A stretch of 60,817 nucleotides of DNA, filler included, from Dimargaris cristalligena (Eukaryota), in assembly GCA_003614675.1 (NCBI GenBank). It is 2 parts of 2 records of this genome, joined end to end, with 100 filler letters (N's around TTAATTAATTAA, not from the genome) between each part and the next. Parts side by side here need not be neighbours in the genome. Positions count along the whole stretch, not along the records: positions 1 to 30,371 come from ML002460.1; 1 more part is not named here. The stretch is one strand, 5' to 3'. Positions 11,054 through 22,617 of this stretch are shown here, in pieces (the stretch's first letter is position 1; every line of letters starts with the position of its first letter). The notes below the pieces were generated by a model. That model searched no databases. It was not told the DNA's origin and worked only from the letters and a program-made list of their open reading frames with translations. The translations under genes were made by a program, and so were the position numbers.

Positions 11054-13246
11054 TCACTGGCAAAAATAGGGGTGATTGGACTGCATTTGGACCTGTGCTT
11101 GTGCGATGGCCTGATTATGGGGTTGCTGTTGGTGCTGGGGTTGTTGTTGGTGCTGTTGCTGCTGGGGTTGTTGTTGGTGCTGTTGCTGCTGTTGTCGCTG
11201 TTGCTGAAACAAAAGCTGTTGGCGGTGGTGTTGCTGTTGCTGTTGCTGGATAGTAGCAGTCATCTGTGATTGGGACACCATTACCACTGGAAGACCGGTC
11301 AAACTTGCGGTAGAATTGGCATTAACCTCCGCATAGGGCGAATCCACACTAACCGAGCTTCCCACCGGGAGGGCCGGTAGGGCCCCGGCGATTTGGGCTG
11401 TTGTAGGTGGAGCTGGCTGCTGTGACTGCGATCGGTTAGTCTGGGGGACTGCCATCATGGGGTGAGCGTGGGTGTGGGGCGGGAGTGACTGCTGGGGTTG
11501 CGTCTGGGGGTGATGGTGGTGATGATTTGGACTAGGATGTTGCTGAAACGAATTAAGGGCCGGCGAATTGGTGACCGAAATTCCACCTCCTCCTCCGGCA
11601 GGCGCCGCTGCCATCGTTGCACTAGGGGTAATCATAGATGAATCAACAGCGCCCACGTACTGATTAGCCGACGCCTCGAGTTGTTGACGCCGTTCGAGAA
11701 GACCCTTGAGGCTCTTGAGTAATTCAGCACTCTGCTCATGAGTTTGCCCCCCCGCCAATTGATTAGGTACCGCAGTACCGTTATGGGGGGCGTTAGTATG
11801 GTTGCTATTAGTGGCACTCATGGTAACGGGCGACACAGTGGACAGTGGAGTGGACATGGCACCTCCTAATGTCATCGTATTGACATAGGAATTAGGCAGT
11901 TGAGGGGTGACAGTGGAAGCAGTAGTAGTGCCGATTGGGGGTGGGTGTGGGCTCAAATTCGTAGGGGCGGGCATGGTCACTTCCATTTTTAGGTAGGGTT
12001 CGGAGTGTGCCAAACTGCTGATATCAGGTTCAGACTTAGCGATGATGAACGAGCCCACATTGGTGCCCCCCCTCGGGGTATTTTGCGGGACGGGTGCGGA
12101 TGTATTCGCGGCGAGGGCCGGTGTTTTGACAGGGGTAGTAGATGGGGCGGGATTCTTCTTGGCGCGTTTCCGGTTGACCCGTGGAGGCTTAGACGGCGTA
12201 TCAGGGGCAGCTGGGGAGATGCCTGAGTCTTTGCCGGACGGAGGGGCGGGGGATTTTGTGGCAGTAGGGCTAAATTCAATGGAATGCACCTTACGCTGAT
12301 GGGTGCGCAGATTGCCCATCTGGGTGAACTGCTTGGAGCACCCGTCAATATCACAAAAGAAGGGCTTCACGTTAAGGTGGGTCCGCTCGTGGGTACGCAA
12401 ATTACCGAGCTGGGAAAAGCCCTTGCCACAGCCCTCGTGGCAGCATTTGTAGGGCCGTTCGCCCGTGTGCCGCCGCTCGTGGGTCTTGAGGTTACCCAGC
12501 TGGGTGAATGACTTGTCACAGTCCTCGAAACTGCACTTGTAGGGGCGGTAACCGGTGTGGGACCGTTCGTGGATCTTGAGATGGGCCCGTTGGTAGAACA
12601 TTTTACCGCAGGCGGGTTCGAGACACGGGTAGCAGCGCTGGCGTTTGGCATTGGGGTCCCGGGAATTATTCGTGTCTCCATCGTCTGAGTCGTCGTTGGA
12701 GTGATCACGGCGATTACCAGACCTCTGGTTATTTCCACCACTGCTGCCACTACTGTCGCCCCCTTTTCCTTCCTCTCTACCGCCATTAGTATTTCCCGCG
12801 TGATTCGAATCTGTGGGTGTTCGCCCGTTTCCGCTATAGGAATGTGAGCCATTAGCATTGGACGAGCCCCCTCCACCGCTGGTGGAGTTATAACCATGCC
12901 CAGACCGCTGGGTGGCCGCCACCGAAGCCGGATTGGTTGGTTTCCGTGGGCTAGTAGAAGAATTGAGCAACAAAGCACCGTCGGCTGGATGAAACCATCC
13001 TGGGATGGCGGGGTGAATTGGGCGGAGATCCGTGGGCGGGTGGGGTTTAGTGGGACTGGGCGACGGTGACAAAGAGGAGGGAAGCAAGGAGGGCGACACG
13101 TGGCGGGGAGCAGCAATCAACAGTGGGATGCGTGGTGTGGTAGAGGGGCCTTGGAAAGAGGCAGTGGTAGGCATCTGCGGATGCTTAGTGTCACCACTCG
13201 ATTGGCCCCAGGAACGGACCGACCCTTTCAGTATGATTTCGCTCAT
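11054..13246 (-). CDS. AZF1: AZF1-like C2H2 zinc-finger transcription factor (4 fingers, C-terminal poly-Gln)
   Basis: 730-aa ORF with four tandem fingers, HTGERPY-type linkers and QLGNLKTHERRH helices typical of Azf1. Basic NLS-like RKRAKK; poly-Q tail. Confidence 0.8.
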   Translation of the reverse strand: MSEIILKGSVRSWGQSSGDTKHPQMPTTASFQGPSTTPRIPLLIAAPRHVSPSLLPSSLSPSPSPTKPHPPTDLRPIHPAIPGWFHPADGALLLNSSTSPRKPTNPASVAATQRSGHGYNSTSGGGGSSNANGSHSYSGNGRTPTDSNHAGNTNGGREEGKGGDSSGSSGGNNQRSGNRRDHSNDDSDDGDTNNSRDPNAKRQRCYPCLEPACGKMFYQRAHLKIHERSHTGYRPYKCSFEDCDKSFTQLGNLKTHERRHTGERPYKCCHEGCGKGFSQLGNLRTHERTHLNVKPFFCDIDGCSKQFTQMGNLRTHQRKVHSIEFSPTATKSPAPPSGKDSGISPAAPDTPSKPPRVNRKRAKKNPAPSTTPVKTPALAANTSAPVPQNTPRGGTNVGSFIIAKSEPDISSLAHSEPYLKMEVTMPAPTNLSPHPPPIGTTTASTVTPQLPNSYVNTMTLGGAMSTPLSTVSPVTMSATNSNHTNAPHNGTAVPNQLAGGQTHEQSAELLKSLKGLLERRQQLEASANQYVGAVDSSMITPSATMAAAPAGGGGGISVTNSPALNSFQQHPSPNHHHHHPQTQPQQSLPPHTHAHPMMAVPQTNRSQSQQPAPPTTAQIAGALPALPVGSSVSVDSPYAEVNANSTASLTGLPVVMVSQSQMTATIQQQQQQHHRQQLLFQQQRQQQQQHQQQPQQQQHQQQPQHQQQPHNQAIAQAQVQMQSNHPYFCQ

Positions 13247-15498
13247 TACCTAGTTTTTGAATAGGTACGGTGGTGGTATTAGCTATGGCGGCAGGGATCA
13301 GGATAGCAGAGGCATATAGCAGGGAAGAGGGGGTGGTTAGGGTAGGGTAGGGTAGGCGATGTGACATACCACCTGGTATATCGGCAGGCTGCAAAGGTGG
13401 GGTGTGTAGAGGGATTAAGCTGGCTGCTATTTGGATAAATAGGCAGTGTAATAATAGGGCCATGGCGGTTGACAGGTTGGGGCAACCCTGAATGGGTAAA
13501 TTGGGGGATTATACTATACACTGCTGTGACACCATCCCCGGGCGGGCAAGGTATATCGAAGGGGGGATGTGGACTATCCAATGGCAGCTAAAATTAAATT
13601 GGAGAGGAGTTTACCTGATGGATTATATGCGGTAGTGGCAGTGGCAGGAGTCGTGCGCGTAAGTTCCGGGCAATGCAGTAGTATATCTACTAATATATAG
13701 CTGCTAATTGTCGTAATATCGATGGACTCCAATGGCGTGGGGCGCAGCAGTGGAAAGTGGGGGCGTGTTTGTATGCGCGGGAGAGGGAAGGGGCCTCCTC
13801 ACCAAGTGTACGACTAACTAACGCGAATGAGGCTCGAATGTAATAGAAATGAATAGAATTGAGAAGGGAATCTACCTCGCCGTAGGGCGCCAAGTCTAAG
13901 GGTGACCTTTTGTTTGGAGGTTGAGGTTGCGGCTATTGCGATGAGTAATTAAACGGGAGTATATTCGAACTGCCTAGGCCACAAAGAGGGTATATGCTAT
14001 GTATGGGCTGTCGAACACGCGGGGGTCTAGCCGACTGTTGCGTACGAGAGAAGGAGAGAGGAGGTGGTGTGGACGACGTAGAAACGACCGCGAGGGTTAT
14101 TAAGACACGCGGGGTCGATGGGTGGTACTTCGCCCGTTTACGTCGATATTCCAACCAAGTTTTATTTCAAAAACCCGTTCAGTCAAATAAAAAAAATGAC
14201 AGAAAGAAAGAGAAGGGACGGGGAGAGGGCGAGTGAAACCCGCCTGATAACTCCTACCCTGACTTACCACACAATTGCCGATTTCCGGCTCTCTTTTTTT
14301 TTTCCTTCTTTCCTTCCCGCCATTGACTACCACACACCAATACCCTAACCCTAAAGCAATAGGTACACGGTAAAAAATATTCGGTCCATGGGAAAAAAAA
14401 CTATCCCCGCAACATGTGGGTACTGGTCAATCGAAATGTGGTAACCAATCAGCGCTCAATTTGGACTAAGCTAAGTTCACTCCGTCACCAGTTTTTTTTT
14501 TTTTGGTTGCGCTAAAAAAAATCATAAGTAACAATGTAATATAAATTAAAAAAAATAGAATATATATATCTATAGCAAATCTTAAGCATATACACTCGCT
14601 CAGCTCTCCTCTATTCGGCATAGGGTGTATGAATAAAAGGAGTTTAGTAGTGTCTCCCACTCACCCTCTCTGCGCGTGTGATACTAAATATTCCCCACCC
14701 CCTTAATCCACAGTGTGGCTCCTCTATCTGGGCATGTATGTCAACTACTGTAAAGAGAACAAGGGCTTGTCGTTGTTCCCAGTGCCAAGTATAAAGCGGA
14801 GCCGAACTAGACCTGTTCGATTGGCTGGTATGGCCAAACGGATGTGCACGAGGAATGTACACTAGCTAGTATTGACAATATAGTAGCGATTACTGCCCTA
14901 AAATGACTCACTTGGGTCGATATATAATCACCTTCCATGGCCTTCTCCTACTATCTCATCTCGATCTTCCGGCCAATCCCCGCTTCAAATCGGCCACAAC
15001 CTCCCACTAAAACTAAAGCCCCCCATGTTTAAATTGGCCATTATCCGTATAACAAGGCTAATGCATATTCGAACCGGGGGGGGGGGGCTCTGCGTACATC
15101 ATCAGCACTGTAATGAGAACCCCATGTGCGGCTACGTGGGAGGCTCATAGGCAACCGCATATCATTACTATCTGGTATACCATCGCGATATTAAGCTAAC
15201 CCCATGTACATGATCTACTTCCTCGCATTCACCCCCCCCCCCCACGTTCGGTCTACTAACCTATTAGCTACTAGAGTCAGCCTAACTCGTAGACCGCGCA
15301 AAACCCTAAAGAGTCATTTTCAAATAATAGACGCGAATACAAGGCCATTCATTACATACTACCCATTACATCCTCCACTTTACCAGAATAATAAAAACAC
15401 CGCTCCATACACTTATACATTTATATATATATATATCAATCAAACGTACTATCGCCGGCTTAGGCAGAATCCGAACTTGATCGAATTGCGAAACTAAT

Positions 15499-17703
15499 CT
15501 AATGGTAACGCTCATGAGGTAGGTAGGACCGCTCGGGGTAAAATACATAGTCTAGCGGGTAGTTGCCGAGGTTTTCCAAATCGGACGTATATCTGTTGAG
15601 CGGTAGAATGAAATAGAGAATATTCGGGAATATGTAAGAGAAGCCAGTAAAAACGGTCAATATAGTATCAGGCGAATTCAGCATACACACGTAAATCTAT
15701 CTATCAAGATATATGCATCATAAAAATAGATGGAGTGGCACAGAAAACACGAGACGGCCTCAGCACTCCAGCAACTTACACATCGGCAAAAGAAATCACC
15801 TTATTGGCAAAGTACGACGGGTTCTGATGGGCCCGGAACACCGACCCAAACTGCCGGTTAAACGGCAGCATTGACGCCCGACGCACCCGGCGCCGTTCAT
15901 CACGCCACGACTCAAGCATCGCACTATATTCCCGGTACGGCTCATTATCCTCCTCGTCCAACCGCATCACCGCCGACTGCGCCTGGCCCAACAGTTGTTC
16001 CAGCCGGGTCATCCACTGCCGCATGCGTTGGTACCCTTCGGTATTCTGGATCCCGATTTCCCGGCGCAGTTCGTCAATAATGGCTCCGGTCTTCCACCCC
16101 TGTTGCAGAGTCGGATCACGGAGGTCCGAAAAGACGTGGTCGCCAATGTACATGACCCGGTGTCCCGACCAACCCGTGAATTGACTGAATAAATTGAGAT
16201 TGCCGCCCTGGTACACTTCACCCGGTAGAAGAGTATCCACGTACGCCCAGGAGGTCCCTCCTCCTCCTCCTCCTCCTCCTGCTCCTCCTCCTAATACTCC
16301 GGGGCTGGTACTACCGTTGCTGGTGAACCGGGTATTAAGGCGTCGGAAAGGGCGTCGGGAATTGTAGAACCCCGGTTTACCCGCCGATACAATCACCACA
16401 TCAAACAAATCGATCCAGCGGTCCAGACCCGTCACTACCGATAGACCCTTGTCGACGAACTCGAAGCTGCTGTTGGTCAGCAAAAAGAGTTTCTTACCGC
16501 TCCCCTTCAGCTTCTCCAGGTAGTGCACAATGCGGGGGTTGGGTTCCAAATAATCCGTGATATTGGCCATGATGCGCTGGTGGAGGGGTCCGGGTCCGAT
16601 GCCCCCGTGTCCGTGCAGCACCTGGGCCATACCCCGGATATCGTCGGCCAAATAGCGCGGATGGAACGGAATGTTATGGTCCAAGAAGTACTGAACCACG
16701 TCGGCCAACAGGCAGGCCTCGGGCAAACTGAACAAATCGTTGAGGTGATGCAGATTATGCGTCAAGTAGTTCGGGGCCACGTGTTTGCCCCGGTGCCGGT
16801 CGATGACCACCTCGGGGTTCTTGATTGTTTCGCGCCCGTAGTGGACTCCGTCGACTTGGATGTTATGGAAAGCATCCAACTTGAAAAGCCAGCCCGTTTC
16901 AAAGTCATAGTGCAGGCCGCGGATGGCGAAATCGGGGTCGTATTCGGTGGCCCGGAGTCCGCGGGGGTAGCCCAGTTTGTCGATCAGCATATCCCGCAGC
17001 ATGCTGTAAATGGTGATGGGGAGCATCGGTGTATAGTTGGCCAACGTGTAGTCGTAGTCGAACCCGTACACCGATACTCGGCTGAGCAGAATTTCGTTGT
17101 TCGGGAAGCTACAGGCGGTATTGGATAAATTATTAAAAGACCAGGATAATAATACCAGCCCAATCAGCGATGGGTGTGTGTGGGTGGATGATTAATAAAT
17201 GCGTAGCACAGGGCGCGCGGGCATGGGTGCCCAATTACTATTGGAGGGGGGGGAAAAAGACCAGCCATCGCAGGTGTAACAGGTGTAATATACCCCACGG
17301 CGGTGTACCGTCCTCTAGGGGATATGCAGGCCTCTACCAACCAGCCCCATTCACGAAGCAGCCTAACGGTTTCCTTAACTTACACATCGTTGGGTCGAAT
17401 TGCCGTCCCGACGGTCTGGGACAGTTCCTGCAGACTACTGGCCGAGGCCGGCGTGCCGTGTTCAATGCAGTTCTTTTCCCATTCGAATTGGGCGCGGTAG
17501 TACTGGGTCAAGTAGCTCAACTCAATTTCGGACGACATGCAACGCACCGAGGTCGCCGAGGGGAGAGGGGTAGGCTTTGTTAGCCGAGAGGGTTTGGGGC
17601 ATCGAAGGGATATCAAGGCAGAACCCGTGAATAGACCCGGGGGTCGAGACACTAGGGAGTGAAAGGCCCGGTTGAAGGGGGCCGTCACCGTATTGCGCAA
17701 CAT
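15499..17703 (-). CDS. HAD-superfamily 5'-nucleotidase domain protein (NT5DC2/3-like), 3 exons: 17703-17384, 17108-15780, 15592-15499
   Basis: HAD motif I (YGFDYDYTL), LLTNS, KP and YIGDHVFSDL motifs. Introns 17109-17383 and 15593-15779 (GTAAGT...AG) restore DVFPNNEILL and FADVYTSDLENL...LPHE. The N-terminus is Arg/Ser-rich, resembling a mitochondrial presequence. Confidence 0.9.
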
Positions 17704-19150
17704 GGTGGTGGGGGGGAGAGGTTTCTCTCTACCTTGGAGGTGTGTCGTCAGGCTTGAGGGGATTAGAAAGAATAGAGACGTGTTAAGAAGAAAAGCCGGC
17801 GGCTAACAAGACCCCGGGGGCACCGCTACGTATGTATATATAATATTATGCCTGGCTTGTGTATTATTAAACAATGCTAATGAGAAAGAACCGCAATGGG
17901 CGATGACCAATGGGAAAGAAGGTAAAGTAAAGTAGCCAAAAGTACACCAGGAGGAGGGACTTTTAGGTTTGAAGCGCCCATCTCCCTTTCACCTATTATT
18001 TACCCGCCCCGCCCCGCGCCCCTGCAATTGCCCGATTGGAACTGAACGGGCCAATACAGTTAACAAATTCCCCCCCCCCTCCTTATCTTCGCTCTCCACT
18101 CACTCACTCACACGCACCACTACTGCCTTGCCTTTCGGGGATATTTCTCGACATTGAACCCAGCACGTGCCGCATCCAACGACAGGCGAGAATAATAGAT
18201 TTGGCCATGACGACATTATCCAAGGCGACCTTTTTAAATTTTTGCACCTTTAATGGACCATTAACACGCGATTAATTGGGTTCTAAGCTATATCCTTAAT
18301 TGGAGGCGGTGTCTATTACGTAACGATTAAGAGCACTACTCTATACTACCAACGCCTATGTCGGTCTCCTCGTTTTCTATTTGCCCTAGGACGGCTTTCC
18401 ACCGGACCGTGGTTAGGGTACGCAACGGCGGTCAAAATGCCAAGGGTTTGCATAAGTGCATACTCGTTTTAAAGGGGGCAGCCTAAATCACATGGTGCAC
18501 AGTCCTTAAATACTCCCTAGAAGGGCAGCACCCATGGGCCACAATGATTTTTTCATCTACCAACATCGTAGCAGTTAATCCCCGACCTCCAGAAATTAAA
18601 TAATTGGCCCTTTTAGTCGAGTTATATATATGGGGCTCTCCTCCTCCGCCATGCCCTCACAACCTAACAAAAGAATATACCTATATGCGCCGATAGAGTA
18701 TGTCAAGTCAACTGGAAAGGGATCGTTTATGAATCAGTGGTATTACTGATGGAGAAAAATCATAGATCGAGGAGTGATATACAAACAAAACTGCCTGGTA
18801 TCTAAAGACGATACAAGGAAAAAGGAAAAAGGGGCGTGGCGTAGGACTGGAATGTATTTGCATACAAGAGAACAGCATTGAATAAAGATGGGTAAGGGCT
18901 ACAACAACTTGGGGTACTTTCATTCAGAGATACCTTGTTACATCCACCCACCACCTATACATGTGCGGAATTCGGCACAACCGTACCCAATTTGTAATGA
19001 AATGTGAATATGAGAATAGCAGGGAAATCCATTCCTAAGTAGAGAAATGCCCCTCATCAAACGAAGGGTTCATTATACAGCCGCCAGGCCTAACTTTTCC
19101 CGGATATAACTTAGACGAGGCCCCTCAGCTCATTCCATCCAGATAGATGC

Positions 19151-20683
19151 CTAGGCCCATTCCCGGTCAGGTAGTATCAGGGGCCCAACAAGAGTCCAAG
19201 CATATAGACCCATGGCCAACCAACTCGACAGCACTTTGGCCCACACCGCGGCCATACTCCGACCAATGATGGTTAGTTCGCCTGAGTCGCCGATATCCAC
19301 GGTGTTCCAACTTGTTAGAAGCATGGCCACATACATGGCGGCCATCGCGAAAATAAAGTGGAAGAACGTGTAGTTGTAGGTCACGCCGTACTTTTCATCG
19401 TCCAGGCGACGGCGCCGACCGGCTGGACTATCGTTATCAGCATCAGCATCAGCATCATCGTCATTATCGCTGTCATCCACGGCCCGGCGGTAACAGCCCC
19501 CGCTACCACTCTCCCGGCTCGGTTGCTGGAGAGCCGAGGCCGGCAAAGCCCCACTGGCGACGGCGTCGATCAGGGCTTGGTTACGTACGCCGTCGCCGTC
19601 GGACATGGCGTAGTCGCTACTGAGCAGGGGTACCGCGGAGGAAGCGTTTTCTTCGTCGTAGTCGGCGTTATGGATCAGCGAGCGTCCCTGGGTGGCCGCG
19701 CGGGACGTGGAATAGACAATGGCCACGATGGTGAATATGGCACCGATGGCAACGGCGGTGGTGCGGGTGCTGCGGCTGCGGGCCAACGGGTTACACATAC
19801 CCAGGTCCCCCTCTCCACCCGCATCGTCGGCGGGCGTCGGTTCGTTAATCAGGGCACTGGCAATCAAATAGGTGGCGTAGGCGGTGACCATGGCGGCCTG
19901 GGCCAGACCGGACTTGGCGTTGGCTTCCTGCACGGCGGGATGAACGGCCAGCACCGACACCACCAGGGCCACCAGCAAATTCACCGTAACCAAAAACTGG
20001 TTCAGACTGCACCCGGTTCCGGCGAAGAAAAGGTACAACAGAATGGTGCCCACGGCGGTAAACAGAAAAAGGCCCCCGGAGGACCCCACCAGGAGCCACT
20101 GCCACTTGGTTTCCCCCCGCGTTTCCCAACGCTCCAGACATAGTTCACACCAGTGGTGGGCCAAGTCCACCAGGAGCACCAGCTGGATAAGGATAAATAA
20201 GGTAGACCCGACCAAACTGACGTAATTCCCCCATACTTCGAAGAACCCGTTGGGAATGAAGAAAGCCAAGACCACCAGCCCCAGCCACAGGACCACTTTC
20301 GGGCCCCACCAGCCATTTTGGATGGCCGCGCGGGGTTCCTTACTACTCTCGACCCCCAAGACCAGCAACCCATTCACCGCATGGAATAGCGTCAGGGCAA
20401 AACACCACCGGTGGACGGCCAGAATGCCGTAGCATTCGCCGGAGGGACACTCGAGGTGTAAGTAGCCGTACGTCCATTCCTGCAGGCGTTGCGCCGCCCA
20501 GTCGGTCAGCATGAGCCAGGCAAACGTGGAATTGAGGAGAAAGACCAGGGCGTACATGATGCGCGTGGACGTGGACCCCGATAGGGAAAGGAGTTGACAC
20601 GTGCAGAAACAAGCGGCCGAACTGAAACACGAAAGGGCTTGGGCGCCGAGGCAGCCCAGTGACGGGAGGAGAAACGGAAACAT
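19151..20683 (-). CDS. TMS1: Serine incorporator (SERINC/TMS1/TDE) membrane protein
   Basis: 510 aa, multi-TM, Cys-rich N-terminus. Family motifs RAAIQNGWWGPK, SGLAQAAMV, YNYTFFHFIF...YVAMLLTSW and a C-terminal WTLVGPLILPDRE. Confidence 0.93.
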   Translation of the reverse strand: MFPFLLPSLGCLGAQALSCFSSAACFCTCQLLSLSGSTSTRIMYALVFLLNSTFAWLMLTDWAAQRLQEWTYGYLHLECPSGECYGILAVHRWCFALTLFHAVNGLLVLGVESSKEPRAAIQNGWWGPKVVLWLGLVVLAFFIPNGFFEVWGNYVSLVGSTLFILIQLVLLVDLAHHWCELCLERWETRGETKWQWLLVGSSGGLFLFTAVGTILLYLFFAGTGCSLNQFLVTVNLLVALVVSVLAVHPAVQEANAKSGLAQAAMVTAYATYLIASALINEPTPADDAGGEGDLGMCNPLARSRSTRTTAVAIGAIFTIVAIVYSTSRAATQGRSLIHNADYDEENASSAVPLLSSDYAMSDGDGVRNQALIDAVASGALPASALQQPSRESGSGGCYRRAVDDSDNDDDADADADNDSPAGRRRRLDDEKYGVTYNYTFFHFIFAMAAMYVAMLLTSWNTVDIGDSGELTIIGRSMAAVWAKVLSSWLAMGLYAWTLVGPLILPDREWA

Positions 20684-21149
20684 GGCTGTGGGGAGCCGGT
20701 GAATGCAATGGAATAGAGATAGAGATAGAGAGGGAGAAGGGAGAGGGATTCCGGACCTTAAGGGTAAACGGGGTGCCCAAGGATAATAAAGGAGGGGGGT
20801 ACGGAAATTGAAAGGGCAATACGGAGAGAAATAGCTAGCGTAATGTATCTAATTAGAAACAAGAGGGAGAGTTGCACCGAGAAGTTCACGTAGAACTGAA
20901 AAAGGCATGAGAGAGGAAATAGAAGCGCAGTATAAAAATAGCCAAGAAAAAGAGCACTACCAAGGTTTACTTATCATTAGAGTGATTGGTAATGAGAGAG
21001 AAGATACGCGGGGGAAATCCCCCAAAGGGGTCTCGTCAGTCGATGTGAAATAATACCCCACAGTCACATTGGGAAATATTAATCACGGGTGCGCCAGCTC
21101 AAAAAATTAGGGAATATTTGGGTTTGCCGGTGGTTTAGTGGATTGACAT

Positions 21150-21238
21150 TTGGGTGAAATTCAAACTAGCTGTATAAGGTTTTACATAATATGTGTATAG
21201 GCAAATATATGTGATAATAGTTTTTAACCAGTAATATC
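21150..21238 (+). repeat. Partial copy of a ~140-bp dispersed repeat
   Basis: TGGGTGAAATTCAAACTAGCTGTATAAGGTTTTACATAAT...TTTTAACCAGTAATAT matches 38559-38648 and the reverse complement of ~57073-57160. Confidence 0.75.
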
Positions 21239-22617
21239 TGCACTAACTTTGGTAAAGGGCACAATACTCATTGCAGCCTAAGACATCCAAACAACTTCAA
21301 TACCTCCAAAGGGCACCGTTTAAAATCAGTTTGGTTAACACACAAGACACTCAAATTTTTAAGTATATCCGCACCTCAAATACACACGGATTTCTTGTAT
21401 ATCATTTTATCTAGTTAAATTATAGGGCTATAGGAGTATACTATTTTACCTTCCCCTCCCCACCCTGGTGAGCATTTTTTTGGTTACCATTAACTGGCTA
21501 TTGCGTTGATACTTATCCGCTATTCCGTGTATTTCTGGGACATCCCTCTCGCCCCCGATTATTTTGTTCTGCTTAAGGGTTACACGCCCACCTGACAACA
21601 ATTGACCCAATGTATGTATGTATGGTGTCCATTCTGTAGGACTCTATCCTCCTTCCTCCCCTCCCCCCCATGCAAATTCCCCAATTCCCAGTGCATGCCA
21701 TTGGATCTTAACCTTCACCCACAAACTTGCATTACACCGTACTCCCATAATACTTTGAATACCGTAGAGAACCTTATTCAGCCCATAGATGAACAACAAA
21801 GAGCCCACCAACCATATAGCAGATAGCGCGGCCGAAAACAGACTGAAGGGGCAGTACAAGGCCATGATATATCACCATGTAATACAATGGAATGTTCGCT
21901 CGAAGGGATGATGTAGCACCAAAATAGCTCCAAGGTCAACACTGGCTGTAGGAAAGGGTAGTTTCAGTTCCAAAGGAGATCAGACATGTTAAATGGGTCA
22001 TCGAGGCTTCCATAAGAGTAAATGTAACCTGCCTTATGTACCTTCCATGTGCAACTATGGCTTCGTACCACAGCCATCCGGTTATTGATAGGCGGGAGTT
22101 AGATATGAACCAGTATGTAGCGGCGGGACCTTGGCTGGTCAAGGGGAGAAATGACACACATTCTTTTAGTGAAAAACCTATCTTTAAACGATGACCATAC
22201 TAGACAGCGCCCCGGTGGCGGGCTGCCATTCATTAGACCCTGTATGAAACTGCTTGCATTGTGTAGCCCCGCCCTAATGTTGATACACATGATGGCAAGT
22301 AGTCCAAAATGTCCTTGCCTAATTCTAGAATAAACGGGGCGGCTTGAAAGCCGCAGGGCAATGCTTGTCTAAATTTATCTGGGTGGTACAGAGTCACCAG
22401 TTGAACAGGCAATGTTCTTAAAACCATATAAAAAGGCCAAGCCCCGCCCCTCTATACCCAAACACCATCCACCACGTTTGGGATACACATTGACCTATTC
22501 CGCTACAACCATATGCACCTTTCCATTATATCTTCGCCACCAACTGTTTTAATAATTCAAATCTATCTGCCCTGGTTTTGTTAAGCACTGCATCTCCGGC
22601 CGTCTATCGTCAACAAA

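Noticed and set aside
11042-11269. Leu-rich membrane-like ORF on the plus strand
   Set aside because: It is the antisense reading of the CAG/CAA poly-Gln tract.
11054-13246. AZF1-like TF as the direct parent of the neighbouring secreted zinc-finger genes
   Set aside because: Its fingers are C-x4-C with QLGNLKTH helices, unlike the C-x2-C, RxxDLxRH/C2HC fingers of the secreted family; proximity alone is not evidence.
16257-16292. (CCT)n repeat
   Set aside because: Encodes an in-frame poly-Gly loop insertion in the nucleotidase; ordinary low-complexity sequence.
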